In this document: positions 19,171 to 28,514 of the stretch, piece after piece | Layout: the number at the start of each line of letters is the position of its first letter | Numbering within the stretch: the first letter of the stretch is position 1 | Assembly (NCBI GenBank): GCA_965219455.1 | Contig: OZ244744.1 | Coordinates: 480,001-544,000 of the forward strand | DNA from: Candidatus Latescibacterota bacterium | GTDB taxonomy: Bacteria; Latescibacterota; UBA2968; GCA-2709665 | Direction of reading: 5' to 3' | Length of the DNA: 64,000 nt | Notes under the pieces: generated by a model | Seen by the model: only the letters and a program-made list of their open reading frames with translations | Database searches by the model: none | What the model was told of the DNA's origin: nothing | Program-made: the position numbers and the translations under genes

Positions 19171-20331
19171 GTGAACGCACGAAATCGTGCCCTTGGTATT
19201 CTCGAAACCCGTGGCATGACCGCGCTCATCGCGGCCCTGGACGCCATGCTGAAAACCGTGGACGTCAGGGTTCTCGGACGACATGGCGTGGGTTCCGGTT
19301 GGGTAACCGTTGTCGTTGAGGGCGCCGTTTCGGATGTCGAAGCCGCCGTCCACATAGGGAGAACCGAGGCCGAAAACCACGGCGACCTCATCACCGCCGA
19401 CGTCATCCCGGGTCCCGACGCACGCGCCCTGGAACCCATGCCTCACATGACGGGCGCAACCTCGGCAAGGCCGGTCGGACCCCTGGCCTTGGGTATCCTC
19501 GAAACCCGCGGCATGGTACCCCTCATCCGCGGCGCGGACGCCATGATCAAAAGCGCGCCCGTCCACGTTGCCGGCTGGACATCCATCGGCGGCGCACTGG
19601 TTCATCTCCTGGTAAGGGGCGATATAGCGTCGGTCCGGATCGCCGTTCAGGCCGGCAAAGCGTGTGCGGGTGAGGTCGGAGAGGTCTACGCCGCGCTGGA
19701 CATTCCCAGTCCTGAAGCGGGCATCGCGACACTGCTTCCCCATACATCGATAACGAACGCGCCGGAGACCGACGTCGGCGCGCTGGGCGTTCTTGAAACA
19801 ACGGGTTATGCGTGTGCGGTCGGCGGTTGCGACGCGATGGTCAAAGCGGCCGGCGTTGATCTGGTGCGCCTCGTCATTGCCAGCGGAGGACGCGTCGACG
19901 CGCTGGTGAAAGGCGCCCTCGACGCGGTCCAGGCGGCCGTTCAGGCCGGTGTCGATGGCGCGCAGGAGGCCGGGGAATTGAATGCATCCTGCGTCGTTTC
20001 CCGTCCATCTTCCGAAATCCTGGCCTGTTTTGGCGGCAGCAACGCAGGGAGACCCGCGAGCCGGAATCAGGCGATGGGCCTGATCGAAACGCGTAGCACC
20101 GTCGCCCTGGTCAAAGCCGTGGATCAGATGTTGAAATCAGCAGACGTGGAATACGAGGGACGTTACAAGGTGGGTTACTTTCTCACTGCAAGCGTTGTCC
20201 GGGGAGACGTTGGTGCGGTGCGCACGGCGCTGGGAGTCGGCGCCGCGGAAGCCGAGAAATATGGTGAACTGGTGTCCGCCCTTCTCATCCCCCACCCCTT
20301 TCGTGCCCTGGAAGAACGCTTGATTCACTGA
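19171..20331 (+). CDS. BMC shell protein with four tandem BMC domains
   Basis: Four repeats: ALGILETRG..DAMLK, ALGILETRG..DAMIK, ALGVLETTG..DAMVK, AMGLIETRS..DQMLK, each followed by G[AD][VIL]..V..A. Confidence 0.9.
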   Translation: MNARNRALGILETRGMTALIAALDAMLKTVDVRVLGRHGVGSGWVTVVVEGAVSDVEAAVHIGRTEAENHGDLITADVIPGPDARALEPMPHMTGATSARPVGPLALGILETRGMVPLIRGADAMIKSAPVHVAGWTSIGGALVHLLVRGDIASVRIAVQAGKACAGEVGEVYAALDIPSPEAGIATLLPHTSITNAPETDVGALGVLETTGYACAVGGCDAMVKAAGVDLVRLVIASGGRVDALVKGALDAVQAAVQAGVDGAQEAGELNASCVVSRPSSEILACFGGSNAGRPASRNQAMGLIETRSTVALVKAVDQMLKSADVEYEGRYKVGYFLTASVVRGDVGAVRTALGVGAAEAEKYGELVSALLIPHPFRALEERLIH

Positions 20332-20370
20332 TCGGCCGCCGAACGCCCTGTCCCTCAACCGAGGAAATCG

Positions 20371-21540
20371 ATGATCCGTATTGACGATCCGGTCGTTACC
20401 GAACAGCTACTCAAGGACAGACTTGGCACGCAGCGTGAGGTCGAAATCTGCCCGCGGGCAAAGCTGACTCCGCTGGCGCTGGACTACCTGGCGGCCAACC
20501 GCGTGGAAGTGACGAGGAAAGACGCCGCGCCCGCCGGCCCGCGGACTTCGGCGCCGTCGCGCCATAACAACTCTGGCGCAAAAAAGGAATTCAAAGGCAT
20601 CTTCTGTCCCAACATCGTCATCTTCGACCGAAACGATCGCATCAACTACGCGGAAATGGAGCGCTACGTCAACTGGCTCATCGAGGCCGGCATCCACGGG
20701 TTATATCCCAATGGCAGCACGGGCGAATTCGTGCGCCTGTCCAGCAACGAGCGCAAGGAAGTGGTGCGCGTTGTCACAAACGTCAACCAGGGGCGGGTGC
20801 CGGTTCTGGCCGGCGCGAGTGAAGCAAACCTCCGCGACGTGCTCAAAATGAGCGAATACTACGCCGGCGTTGACGTCGACGCCATCTCTCTCGTACCCCC
20901 CTATTATTACGAGATATCCGACACGAGTCTCTTCGAATACTTCGCCGAAATCGCCAGACAGACGCCTCTCGACCTTCTCCTCTACAATATCCCCCAGTTC
21001 ACGCAGGAACTCACGCTGGACATCATGGAACGGTTGCTGGCATTCGAGCGCATTATGGGTACCAAAGACTCCAGCCGGGACATGCCGCGCCTGATCAACA
21101 CCATGCACCGGCTGCGCGCACAACGTCCCGACTACGTGGTCCTGGTCGGCTGCGAAGAAATCCTCTGTCCCTCCATCATGATGGGCGCCAGCGGCGGCAC
21201 GATCGCGACATCCGGCATCGTTCCCGAAGTCATCGTGGACATCTACGAAAAAACCCTGGCCGGCGATATCGAAAACGCGCGCGACATGCAATACCGCATT
21301 CTGGAACTCATCAACCTTATGCTGCTGGGAGTCAACTTCCCGGAAGGCTTTAAAACGGGCGTGGCCGTGCGGGGTTTCGACGTGGGTCCGCCACGCCAGG
21401 CCATGAGTAGCCAGGAGAAGGAATATCTACTCAAGCTTGAAGCGCAGATCAGCTGTATCCTCAAAGATATGGGTTATGCGATCAAAGGTCCGAGAGCCTG
21501 TCCCGTAACCAACCTGCCGTCAATTGTCGAACGGACCTGA
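20371..21540 (+). CDS. DHDPS/NAL-family class I aldolase with N-terminal BMC-associated extension
   Basis: GSTGE, LYNIP and KDSS (Schiff-base Lys); N-terminal ~50 aa with LTPLALDYL motif and a Pro/Ala linker. Confidence 0.85.
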   Translation: MIRIDDPVVTEQLLKDRLGTQREVEICPRAKLTPLALDYLAANRVEVTRKDAAPAGPRTSAPSRHNNSGAKKEFKGIFCPNIVIFDRNDRINYAEMERYVNWLIEAGIHGLYPNGSTGEFVRLSSNERKEVVRVVTNVNQGRVPVLAGASEANLRDVLKMSEYYAGVDVDAISLVPPYYYEISDTSLFEYFAEIARQTPLDLLLYNIPQFTQELTLDIMERLLAFERIMGTKDSSRDMPRLINTMHRLRAQRPDYVVLVGCEEILCPSIMMGASGGTIATSGIVPEVIVDIYEKTLAGDIENARDMQYRILELINLMLLGVNFPEGFKTGVAVRGFDVGPPRQAMSSQEKEYLLKLEAQISCILKDMGYAIKGPRACPVTNLPSIVERT

Positions 21541-21600
21541 TGAGCGACCCGCGCGCGACGGAATCGATTCTGTCGTTCGGTTTTGTTAAGGAGAATGGCA

Positions 21601-22545
21601 ATGGCCGAAAACACACCTGGACGCAACCTGGTCAATCCTTTCAACCTGAATTCCGACGACGGATATGTCTGGCTGAAAGGCAACCTCCACTCCCACACGA
21701 CGAATTCCGACGGCAAAGCGTCGCCCCAGGAACGCCTGGACGGGTATGTCAGACAGGGATACGACTTTCTCTGCCTTTCGGACCACCGTAAAATCACCCG
21801 GATCGATTCCGTGGAATGTCCGGACGACTTTGTCCTCATTCAGGGCGCCGAACTGCATCCGGACAACCCGTTCGGCGGGCAGAAGCACCATTTCCTCTGT
21901 CTGAACATCCACGAAGACATCGACTCGGAGAACATGCCGCCTCAGCACGTTATCGACGCCGTCCGGGACCAGGGCGGCTGCACGTGGCTGGCCCACCCCT
22001 ACTGGAGTTCGGTCAATATCCTGAGAGACACCCTGCCCCTCACGGGAATGGCCGGCGTGGAAGTATTCAACACAACGTGCCGATGCGCGGGACGGGGTGA
22101 ATCCGGCGTGCATTGGGACGATTGGATGGACCTGGAAAACAGGCTGTATCCCGCCCTGGCCAACGACGATTCCCACGCCCTCGAATCCCAAAATCGCGAC
22201 ACCTACCGGGGCTGGACGATGGCGCGCGTGAAAAACCGCTCCCCGCAGGCCATTGTCGACGCACTGGCAAAGGGCACGAGCTATTCGAGCACGGGCGTAA
22301 AAATTCACAACATCAGCCTGCACAAGACCACGGGGGAGCCCGCGGCGGTGAATGCCACCGTAGAATGCTCCGAATCCCGGTGTATCCTTGCCATTTGCGA
22401 TACCTTCGGAACCGAATACAGAGGTTCCGGGAAACCCTTTACCAGGGCAACCCTCACCCTTCGCCCCGGCGCGCGCTGGGTCCGTTTCGAAGTCATCGGA
22501 ACGGACGGCACGAAAGCCTGGTCCAATCCATTCGACCTCACTTGA
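21601..22545 (+). CDS. PHP-domain metallohydrolase (CehA/McbA-like)
   Basis: WLKGNLHSHT..SDG, SDH, AHP, VEVFN, DDSH, WSNP. Confidence 0.8.
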   Translation: MAENTPGRNLVNPFNLNSDDGYVWLKGNLHSHTTNSDGKASPQERLDGYVRQGYDFLCLSDHRKITRIDSVECPDDFVLIQGAELHPDNPFGGQKHHFLCLNIHEDIDSENMPPQHVIDAVRDQGGCTWLAHPYWSSVNILRDTLPLTGMAGVEVFNTTCRCAGRGESGVHWDDWMDLENRLYPALANDDSHALESQNRDTYRGWTMARVKNRSPQAIVDALAKGTSYSSTGVKIHNISLHKTTGEPAAVNATVECSESRCILAICDTFGTEYRGSGKPFTRATLTLRPGARWVRFEVIGTDGTKAWSNPFDLT

Positions 22546-22558
22546 TGCGGAAGCCGCA

Positions 22559-23296
22559 ATGGGACTCGCCCTGACACCCGAGCAGGCGGCAGCGTATCGC
22601 GCAAACGGCTTCGTCCAGGTACCCGATCTGCTCACCCCGCGTGAGATCGGCACCTTCCTGGAAGAGGAGGCAGAAACGAAGCCTCCGGAAATCCTGGAAC
22701 TCGGCCTGCGCAGGCACACCGCGGACCCGCAGTGGCGTTATCTGGCGTCACACCCACGCGTCGCAGGTTTCGCGGCCCAACTGCTGGGCGGGCCGCCGAT
22801 GATCGTTCAGACCATGTACATGGCAAAGGCGCCGAAAGGCGGCGCCGGCATCGCGCTGCACCAGGACGCTCACTATATCCGGAACGAGCCCGGCACCCTC
22901 ATGGCCTGCTGGATTGCATTGAGCGATACCGACAGAAACAACGGCGGTCTTTGCGTCGCCGCTGGCAGCCACCTGGCCCCGCTCCGGAAAACCCGCCCCC
23001 CCAAAAACAGCAGTGAACACGCCTCGTGGGTGAAAGACTATGCCATGCGCGGGCCCGACGGACACGAATGGTCCGAAACCATGCACTCGCACGAAGTCGC
23101 CGGCGTGCATCCCGATGAACTCACCTTTCTTACGGTTCCGCGAGGGTCGGGCGTCTTCTTTACCGGCGGAACCATCCACGGTTCTTACGCAAACCGATCC
23201 CTGGGCAGGCCCCGGCTGGCGTTCGCCACACACTACGTAAGAGAGGGCACATGGGTATTTCGCCGCGACATCCAGGATCTTACTCCGGTCGAATAA
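22559..23296 (+). CDS. Phytanoyl-CoA dioxygenase (PhyH) family Fe(II)/2OG dioxygenase
   Basis: LHQD, CWIAL.D...NGGL..GSH, IHGS..N.S..PR. Confidence 0.85.
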   Translation: MGLALTPEQAAAYRANGFVQVPDLLTPREIGTFLEEEAETKPPEILELGLRRHTADPQWRYLASHPRVAGFAAQLLGGPPMIVQTMYMAKAPKGGAGIALHQDAHYIRNEPGTLMACWIALSDTDRNNGGLCVAAGSHLAPLRKTRPPKNSSEHASWVKDYAMRGPDGHEWSETMHSHEVAGVHPDELTFLTVPRGSGVFFTGGTIHGSYANRSLGRPRLAFATHYVREGTWVFRRDIQDLTPVE

Positions 23297-23408
23297 CCGG
23301 CTTTTCCGAAGCGTACAACCGGAGAGGCGGAGTCGAGCGGTTCTCAACCTCGTTATTCAAGTTGTTTTCGTCCAACCCTTTCGATGTTTCACATTTGGGA
23401 ACCCCATC

Positions 23409-24377
23409 ATGAAACGCGTTGCAAAGCCGGAAGGCGAATACAATATCGTAATCGAAGACGTTCCAATACCTGAAATTGAGCCCACCCAGGTCCTGATCCG
23501 GGCAGAATGCAGCCTGATCAGCCGGGGTTCCGAAATCTGGCGGCGTTACATCCGTCCCGAGTCCATCGACCATCAGAGCATGGGCTACTCATTCGTGGGG
23601 GACGTCGTCGAGGTCGGTGCGCGCGTTGACGGCTTCTCTATGGGAGACCGTGTGGCCGCGATTGCGCCACACGCGGAGTACGTTGCCGTCGAAATCGTGG
23701 GTTCCCGCCACAAAGATCCTGTAGTGCACCTTCCGGACGCGGTCTCCTCGGAAGCCGCCACCTTCTGGCCGCTGAGCACCAGTTCGGTCCTGTGGATGTG
23801 GGAAATCGATGCACACAAAGAAGACACGGTCGTCATTCTCGGACAGGGTCTGGTGGGCTCCCTCTGCATGCAGGCGCTCAAGGCAGACGTGAACCCCAGG
23901 GTTATCGCGGTTGACGCGCTTCCCCTCAGGTGCGAACTGGCCGAACGCCTCGGAGCAGACCACGTGGTGGACGCATCCCGGGACGATCCGGTGAGGGCGG
24001 TCCGACGGTTGACGGAGGGCGCCGGCGCAGCCGTCGTGGTTGAGGCGGTGGGCGGTCGCGCGGGCGCGGGCGCCTTCGTACAGGCTCAGGATATGGTGAA
24101 AAGCCGGGGGCTTATCCAGGTCATCGGCTTATATGAGGACGAGCCGCTTCCCCTCGACTCCGGGAAGATCCAGGGCCGGCGCATCGTCGGCGGTTATTCG
24201 GACGGCGGCAAACGCTCCCTGGGGTCGGACCGCGCGCTGCAGCTGCTTGCCCAGAAAAAGATCCGGTCCGAAGAGATGATTACCCACCGCTTTCCCTTCC
24301 AGGAAGCTTCTGAAGCTTTTGACTTGCTTTACACGCGGCTGGGCGAGACGATGGGCGTGGTGCTGGTGTGGAAGTAA
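23409..24377 (+). CDS. MDR-superfamily (zinc-binding dehydrogenase-like) oxidoreductase
   Basis: SLISRGSE, GYS.VG.V, GQGLVG Rossmann motif, ITHRF. Confidence 0.82.
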   Translation: MKRVAKPEGEYNIVIEDVPIPEIEPTQVLIRAECSLISRGSEIWRRYIRPESIDHQSMGYSFVGDVVEVGARVDGFSMGDRVAAIAPHAEYVAVEIVGSRHKDPVVHLPDAVSSEAATFWPLSTSSVLWMWEIDAHKEDTVVILGQGLVGSLCMQALKADVNPRVIAVDALPLRCELAERLGADHVVDASRDDPVRAVRRLTEGAGAAVVVEAVGGRAGAGAFVQAQDMVKSRGLIQVIGLYEDEPLPLDSGKIQGRRIVGGYSDGGKRSLGSDRALQLLAQKKIRSEEMITHRFPFQEASEAFDLLYTRLGETMGVVLVWK

Positions 24378-24458
24378 GGGGTACGGGCGTCGGTATCGGG
24401 GTTTGCCGGATTCATGCCCCGAAACGCCGACGCCCGAATCACGTTTAACGGAGGATTC

Positions 24459-25355
24459 GTGAAGAACGATTTTTACAAGGGTCACGGTCTTGGCAACGAC
24501 TACATCGTGATGGATCCGGCCCAACTCGACTTTGAACTCACTCCGGAAAATATCCGATATATCTGCGACCGCAACCGGGGCATCGGCGGTGACGGCATCC
24601 TCACCCTGGAACCCGCAACAGGCGCCGACTACGGCCTGCGCATATTCAACCCCGATGGCAGCGAAGCTGAAAAGTCGGGCAACGGTCTTCGCATTTTCGC
24701 GCGGTTTCTCCACGCCACCCGGCGGACGCGTAAGCGTGACTTTACCGTAGACACCCTGGGCGGACTTGTGGAGATCCAGGTTCACATCGACCGTTACGGA
24801 GACGCCAGCCTGGCAACCGTAGAGATGGGACAGGCCGACTTCACTCCGGATGCCCTCCCGTGCACGCTGGCGGGCGATGAACTCATCGATTGTCCGATAA
24901 CCGCCGCCGGCCACGACCTGAAATTCACCGGCGTTAGCGTGGGAAACCCCCACTGTGTTATCTTCAAACCCTCGAACCAGGCCTGGACGCGCGAGGAACT
25001 GCTCAGCCTGGGTCCCTCTCTGGAAAATCACGAACTCTTTCCCAATCGCATCAACGTGCAACTGGCCGTACCCACGGGTCCGAAGGAAATCTTCATCCTC
25101 ATCTGGGAGCGAGGCGCGGGAGAAACACAGGCATCGGGATCGTCGTCCTGCGCGGCGGCATGCGCCGCCGTTCGCCACGGGCTGGTGGAATCGCCGGTAA
25201 CCGTCAACGCTCCGGGCGGCGCCCTCTACGTCGCCGTTGACTCCGAATTCCGCCTTACCATGAAGGGTCCCGTCGCGGAGGTCGGGCAGGGCGCCCTGAG
25301 CCCGGCGTTCGTCAGGGAACTTCAGGACGTAAACCGGGTCTCTTCCGGCGGGTGA
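24459..25355 (+). CDS. dapF: Diaminopimelate epimerase-like protein, Ser/Ser active-site variant
   Basis: KGHGLGNDY, GIGGDG, NPDGSEAEKSGNG, VGNPH, WERGAGETQASGSS; GTG after GGAGG. Confidence 0.8.
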   Translation: MKNDFYKGHGLGNDYIVMDPAQLDFELTPENIRYICDRNRGIGGDGILTLEPATGADYGLRIFNPDGSEAEKSGNGLRIFARFLHATRRTRKRDFTVDTLGGLVEIQVHIDRYGDASLATVEMGQADFTPDALPCTLAGDELIDCPITAAGHDLKFTGVSVGNPHCVIFKPSNQAWTREELLSLGPSLENHELFPNRINVQLAVPTGPKEIFILIWERGAGETQASGSSSCAAACAAVRHGLVESPVTVNAPGGALYVAVDSEFRLTMKGPVAEVGQGALSPAFVRELQDVNRVSSGG

Positions 25356-25366
25356 ACGGATGTCTA

Positions 25367-26479
25367 TTACGCCACACGGTACTTCGCCACGGTGTTCTCG
25401 TCGATCGTCACGCCCAGCCCCGGGCCTTCGGGAACCGTGACGTACCCGTCGGCAAGTTCGAAGCGCTGGTGGGTCAGTTCGTGGCGCAGTGGAGATTCCG
25501 ACATACAATACTCGAACATCTCCCCGCCCGGTATCGCGGCGAGCGCATGAAGCGACGCCGCGATCGTTATCCCGCTCTTGAAGCTGTGATTCACCACCCC
25601 TGTATGGTGGCGGTGCGCCATCCTTCCCACCTCCACCATGGTCGAAATGCCGCACCGCCCCGGATCAGGCTGCACCCAATCCAGTCCGCCATCCGACACC
25701 AGGCGCTCGAAAGCGTCGAGACGCGCTTCCGCTTCCCCCGCGGCAATGGGCAGGGGGCTCTCCGCCGTCAGCCGGGAGTAACCACGCAGGTCGCCCGGTT
25801 GCAGAGGCTCCTCGAGCCAGAACGGGCGGAACTCCGCGAACTGGCGCGCCCGTTTCAGCGCCGTCTTCCAGTCCCATACCTGCCCCGCGTCGATCAGCAA
25901 ATCCACCCCGTCTCCCACGCCGCGCCGCGCTTCCCTTACCAGGGCGATATCGGTCTCTTCGTCCCCTCCCATCGGCCCCCAGCCGAACTTGACCGCCGTA
26001 AAACCCTCCCCCGCGAACCTCCGCCCCAGTTCTCCGGTCTGAGCCGGCGTATCTCCGAACAGAATCGAACAATACGCACGGAAACGCTTCCGGAAGGGTC
26101 CCCCCAGAAGCCGGTATACCGGCCGGTCACATGCTTTGCCCGCAATATCCCATAGCGCAATATTGACGCCCGCCATGGCGTGCAGCGCCACGCCCCCTCC
26201 GCCGTAGTAGTGTGCCGCGTCCAACATACGATGCGTACAGACTTCCACCGCGAGCGGATCTTCGTTGCGAAGCGCGTTAGCCAGACCGTTGCAGATCTGG
26301 TGTGACAGCGGCGCGTCCACAATTGACTTGACGGCCATCGGACAGGAATCCACCTCGCCCCAACCCGTGAGGCCGGCGTCGGTTTCGACCCTGATCAGAC
26401 AGGTATCCTGCGTACCGTCGCAGGTATCAGTGACATGGGGCAGCCGCAACACCATTGCGGTTACACGGGTTATTTTCAT
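25367..26479 (-). CDS. Mandelate racemase/muconate lactonizing enzyme family (enolase superfamily)
   Basis: ALWDIAGK, D-A-G, WLEEP, AAGE, QPD, GPGLG. Confidence 0.88.
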   Translation of the reverse strand: MKITRVTAMVLRLPHVTDTCDGTQDTCLIRVETDAGLTGWGEVDSCPMAVKSIVDAPLSHQICNGLANALRNEDPLAVEVCTHRMLDAAHYYGGGGVALHAMAGVNIALWDIAGKACDRPVYRLLGGPFRKRFRAYCSILFGDTPAQTGELGRRFAGEGFTAVKFGWGPMGGDEETDIALVREARRGVGDGVDLLIDAGQVWDWKTALKRARQFAEFRPFWLEEPLQPGDLRGYSRLTAESPLPIAAGEAEARLDAFERLVSDGGLDWVQPDPGRCGISTMVEVGRMAHRHHTGVVNHSFKSGITIAASLHALAAIPGGEMFEYCMSESPLRHELTHQRFELADGYVTVPEGPGLGVTIDENTVAKYRVA

Positions 26480-26621
26480 TTCAAACCTCCGATCATCGAA
26501 TCAGTCGGCGCCACGGCATCGAGACCGGGCGCAATCGCGCGCGAACAGTGGTTCCCGGTTCCGCATGATACCCACCCGCGTCTGGTCTGTCAATCCTCAC
26601 GCGCGGGATCGGCCGCCGGCT

Positions 26622-26673
26622 TTAGTGTCCGGTCCCGTAAATAGATTGCCTGATTTCCGGGACAGAACACCAG
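26622..26673. mobile_element. IS630-like MITE copy 3 (short, inverted)
   Basis: TTAGTGTCCGGTCCCGTAAATAGATTGCCTGATTTCCGGGACAGAACACCAG. Confidence 0.65.
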
Positions 26674-26748
26674 AAACGGGTTGCACCCGTGTGCCATTCA
26701 CCGTAGATTATCCGCCATCTGCTCTGGCCCTAAACCGGGGATTCCGCT

Positions 26749-27510
26749 ATGCCCGCCGTCGAGCACCTGCGCGAATACTATGAAGCCAATGGCGTGCTGC
26801 CTCGAATCGACGTCTTCTCCGAAAACGAGATCGACGCATTCAGGTCGCAGTTCGACGAGCTCGAATCCAGAGAAGGCAGAGAAATCTGCCAGATCGGCCT
26901 CCAGTCCCGCCATTTCGAAGAAGAATTCATCTGGAGGCTCTCCACCGATGCCCGTATTCTCGACGTGATGGAACAGGCCATGGGTGGAGAAATCCTGCTT
27001 CTGGCCACGCATTTTTTTTGCAAGTACCCCGACAGAACGGAGAAACATTTCGTGGCGTGGCACCAGGATGTCACTTACTGGGGTCTGGAGCCGCCGCTGG
27101 CGCATACGGCCTGGATCGCCATAGACGACAGCGACGCGGAGAACGGCTGTATGCGGGTTATACCGGGTTCCCACAAGAGCGGTATCGTTACCCACGGCAC
27201 TTCGGAAAGGAAGGGGAATCTACTGAGCATCAACCAGGAAATCCCGGACGAATTCGTGGACACCAGCCGTGCGATAGACCTGGAACTCAGCGCAGGACAG
27301 ATGTCAGTCCATCACGGCCAGCTATTCCACGCCAGCATGCCCAATACCTCGAACAGGCGGCGTTGCGGCCTTACCGTCCGCTTTATCCCGCCGGAAGCCA
27401 GACAGGTCGAAGCCAACTCGATCGGCCGGGACTGGCGGCCCATCCTGCTCAGGGGCGAGAACCGGTACACGCACCACCCCGGAATCCCAATGCCCTTTCC
27501 ACTACAGTAA
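26749..27510 (+). CDS. PhyH family dioxygenase
   Basis: WHQD, AWIAIDD...NGCM..PGSH, HASMPN.S..RR. Confidence 0.88.
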   Translation: MPAVEHLREYYEANGVLPRIDVFSENEIDAFRSQFDELESREGREICQIGLQSRHFEEEFIWRLSTDARILDVMEQAMGGEILLLATHFFCKYPDRTEKHFVAWHQDVTYWGLEPPLAHTAWIAIDDSDAENGCMRVIPGSHKSGIVTHGTSERKGNLLSINQEIPDEFVDTSRAIDLELSAGQMSVHHGQLFHASMPNTSNRRRCGLTVRFIPPEARQVEANSIGRDWRPILLRGENRYTHHPGIPMPFPLQ

Positions 27511-27521
27511 AGGAAATTCCA

Positions 27522-28391
27522 ATGGCGAAACCCAGGGTAGTCGTTACTGGCGCAGCCGGATATATAGCGGGACGGAGCCTGCCCGTCCTCAGGGAGCGCT
27601 ATAACCTCGGCCTGCTGGACGTCCGAAAAACCGACAGATACGGCAATGGTGTGGAGGGCATCATCCACGCCGATCTCCTCAACCGGGACAGGGATGCGTA
27701 CAGGGAGCATTTCAGGGACACAGACGCCGTGATACATTGCGGCTTCACCCGGGCGAAAGAGCCGGAGGATCAATACTGGGCCGAATCCGACAACATCGCC
27801 ATGGCGCATAACGTCTACCAGACCTGTCTCGAAGAGGACGTCCGCCGGGTGGTTGTAATCAGTTCCAACCACGCCGCCGACTTCTACGAGACGCTCATCT
27901 GGTCCGGCGGCATGGAATTTGTCACGCCGGACATGCGCCCGCTTTCGGACAACTTCTACGGCTGGGCCAAGGCCGCTTACGAACTGCTGGGGTTCGCCTT
28001 TGCCGCGGGCAGGATAGGCAACGGAAGGAAGCTTCAGAATATCCAGCTGCGCATCGGCGGGCCGCGCGACACCGTTGCCGACAACCTGAGTCCGGAAAAC
28101 CCGAAGGGCATGCACCGCGGCCTGGGGGCCTACCTGAGCGCGCGGGACCAGACCCAACTCCTGATCAAGAGCATCGAAACGGAGAATATCGAAGACGAGA
28201 ACGGCATCCCGTTTCAGATTTTCTACGGCATCAGCGGAAACAGCCACAATTTCTGGAGCATCGCCAACGCCCGGAAGATCATCGGCTACGATCCGGAAGA
28301 CAACAGTCAGATCCGGTTCGCGGACAAAATTGCCCCCGTTATCGCCGCCGCGCAACGGGAAAACCACCCGGGTGGAAGGGCCGGCCGCTGA
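27522..28391 (+). CDS. NAD-dependent epimerase/dehydratase (uronate dehydrogenase-like SDR)
   Basis: TGAAGYIA, SSNHA, YGWAK, LRIG, YGISGN. Confidence 0.82.
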   Translation: MAKPRVVVTGAAGYIAGRSLPVLRERYNLGLLDVRKTDRYGNGVEGIIHADLLNRDRDAYREHFRDTDAVIHCGFTRAKEPEDQYWAESDNIAMAHNVYQTCLEEDVRRVVVISSNHAADFYETLIWSGGMEFVTPDMRPLSDNFYGWAKAAYELLGFAFAAGRIGNGRKLQNIQLRIGGPRDTVADNLSPENPKGMHRGLGAYLSARDQTQLLIKSIETENIEDENGIPFQIFYGISGNSHNFWSIANARKIIGYDPEDNSQIRFADKIAPVIAAAQRENHPGGRAGR

Positions 28392-28514
28392 ACCCTTCGG
28401 GTCCCGTTCGGCGCGCGGTCGGGTGAATCGCTCGCGCCGGGCTCGATAACGGACGCACACGCCCGACAATCCGTGAACAACGGGTCGTCGGATTTTCCGT
28501 TGAGGTCAACCCAA

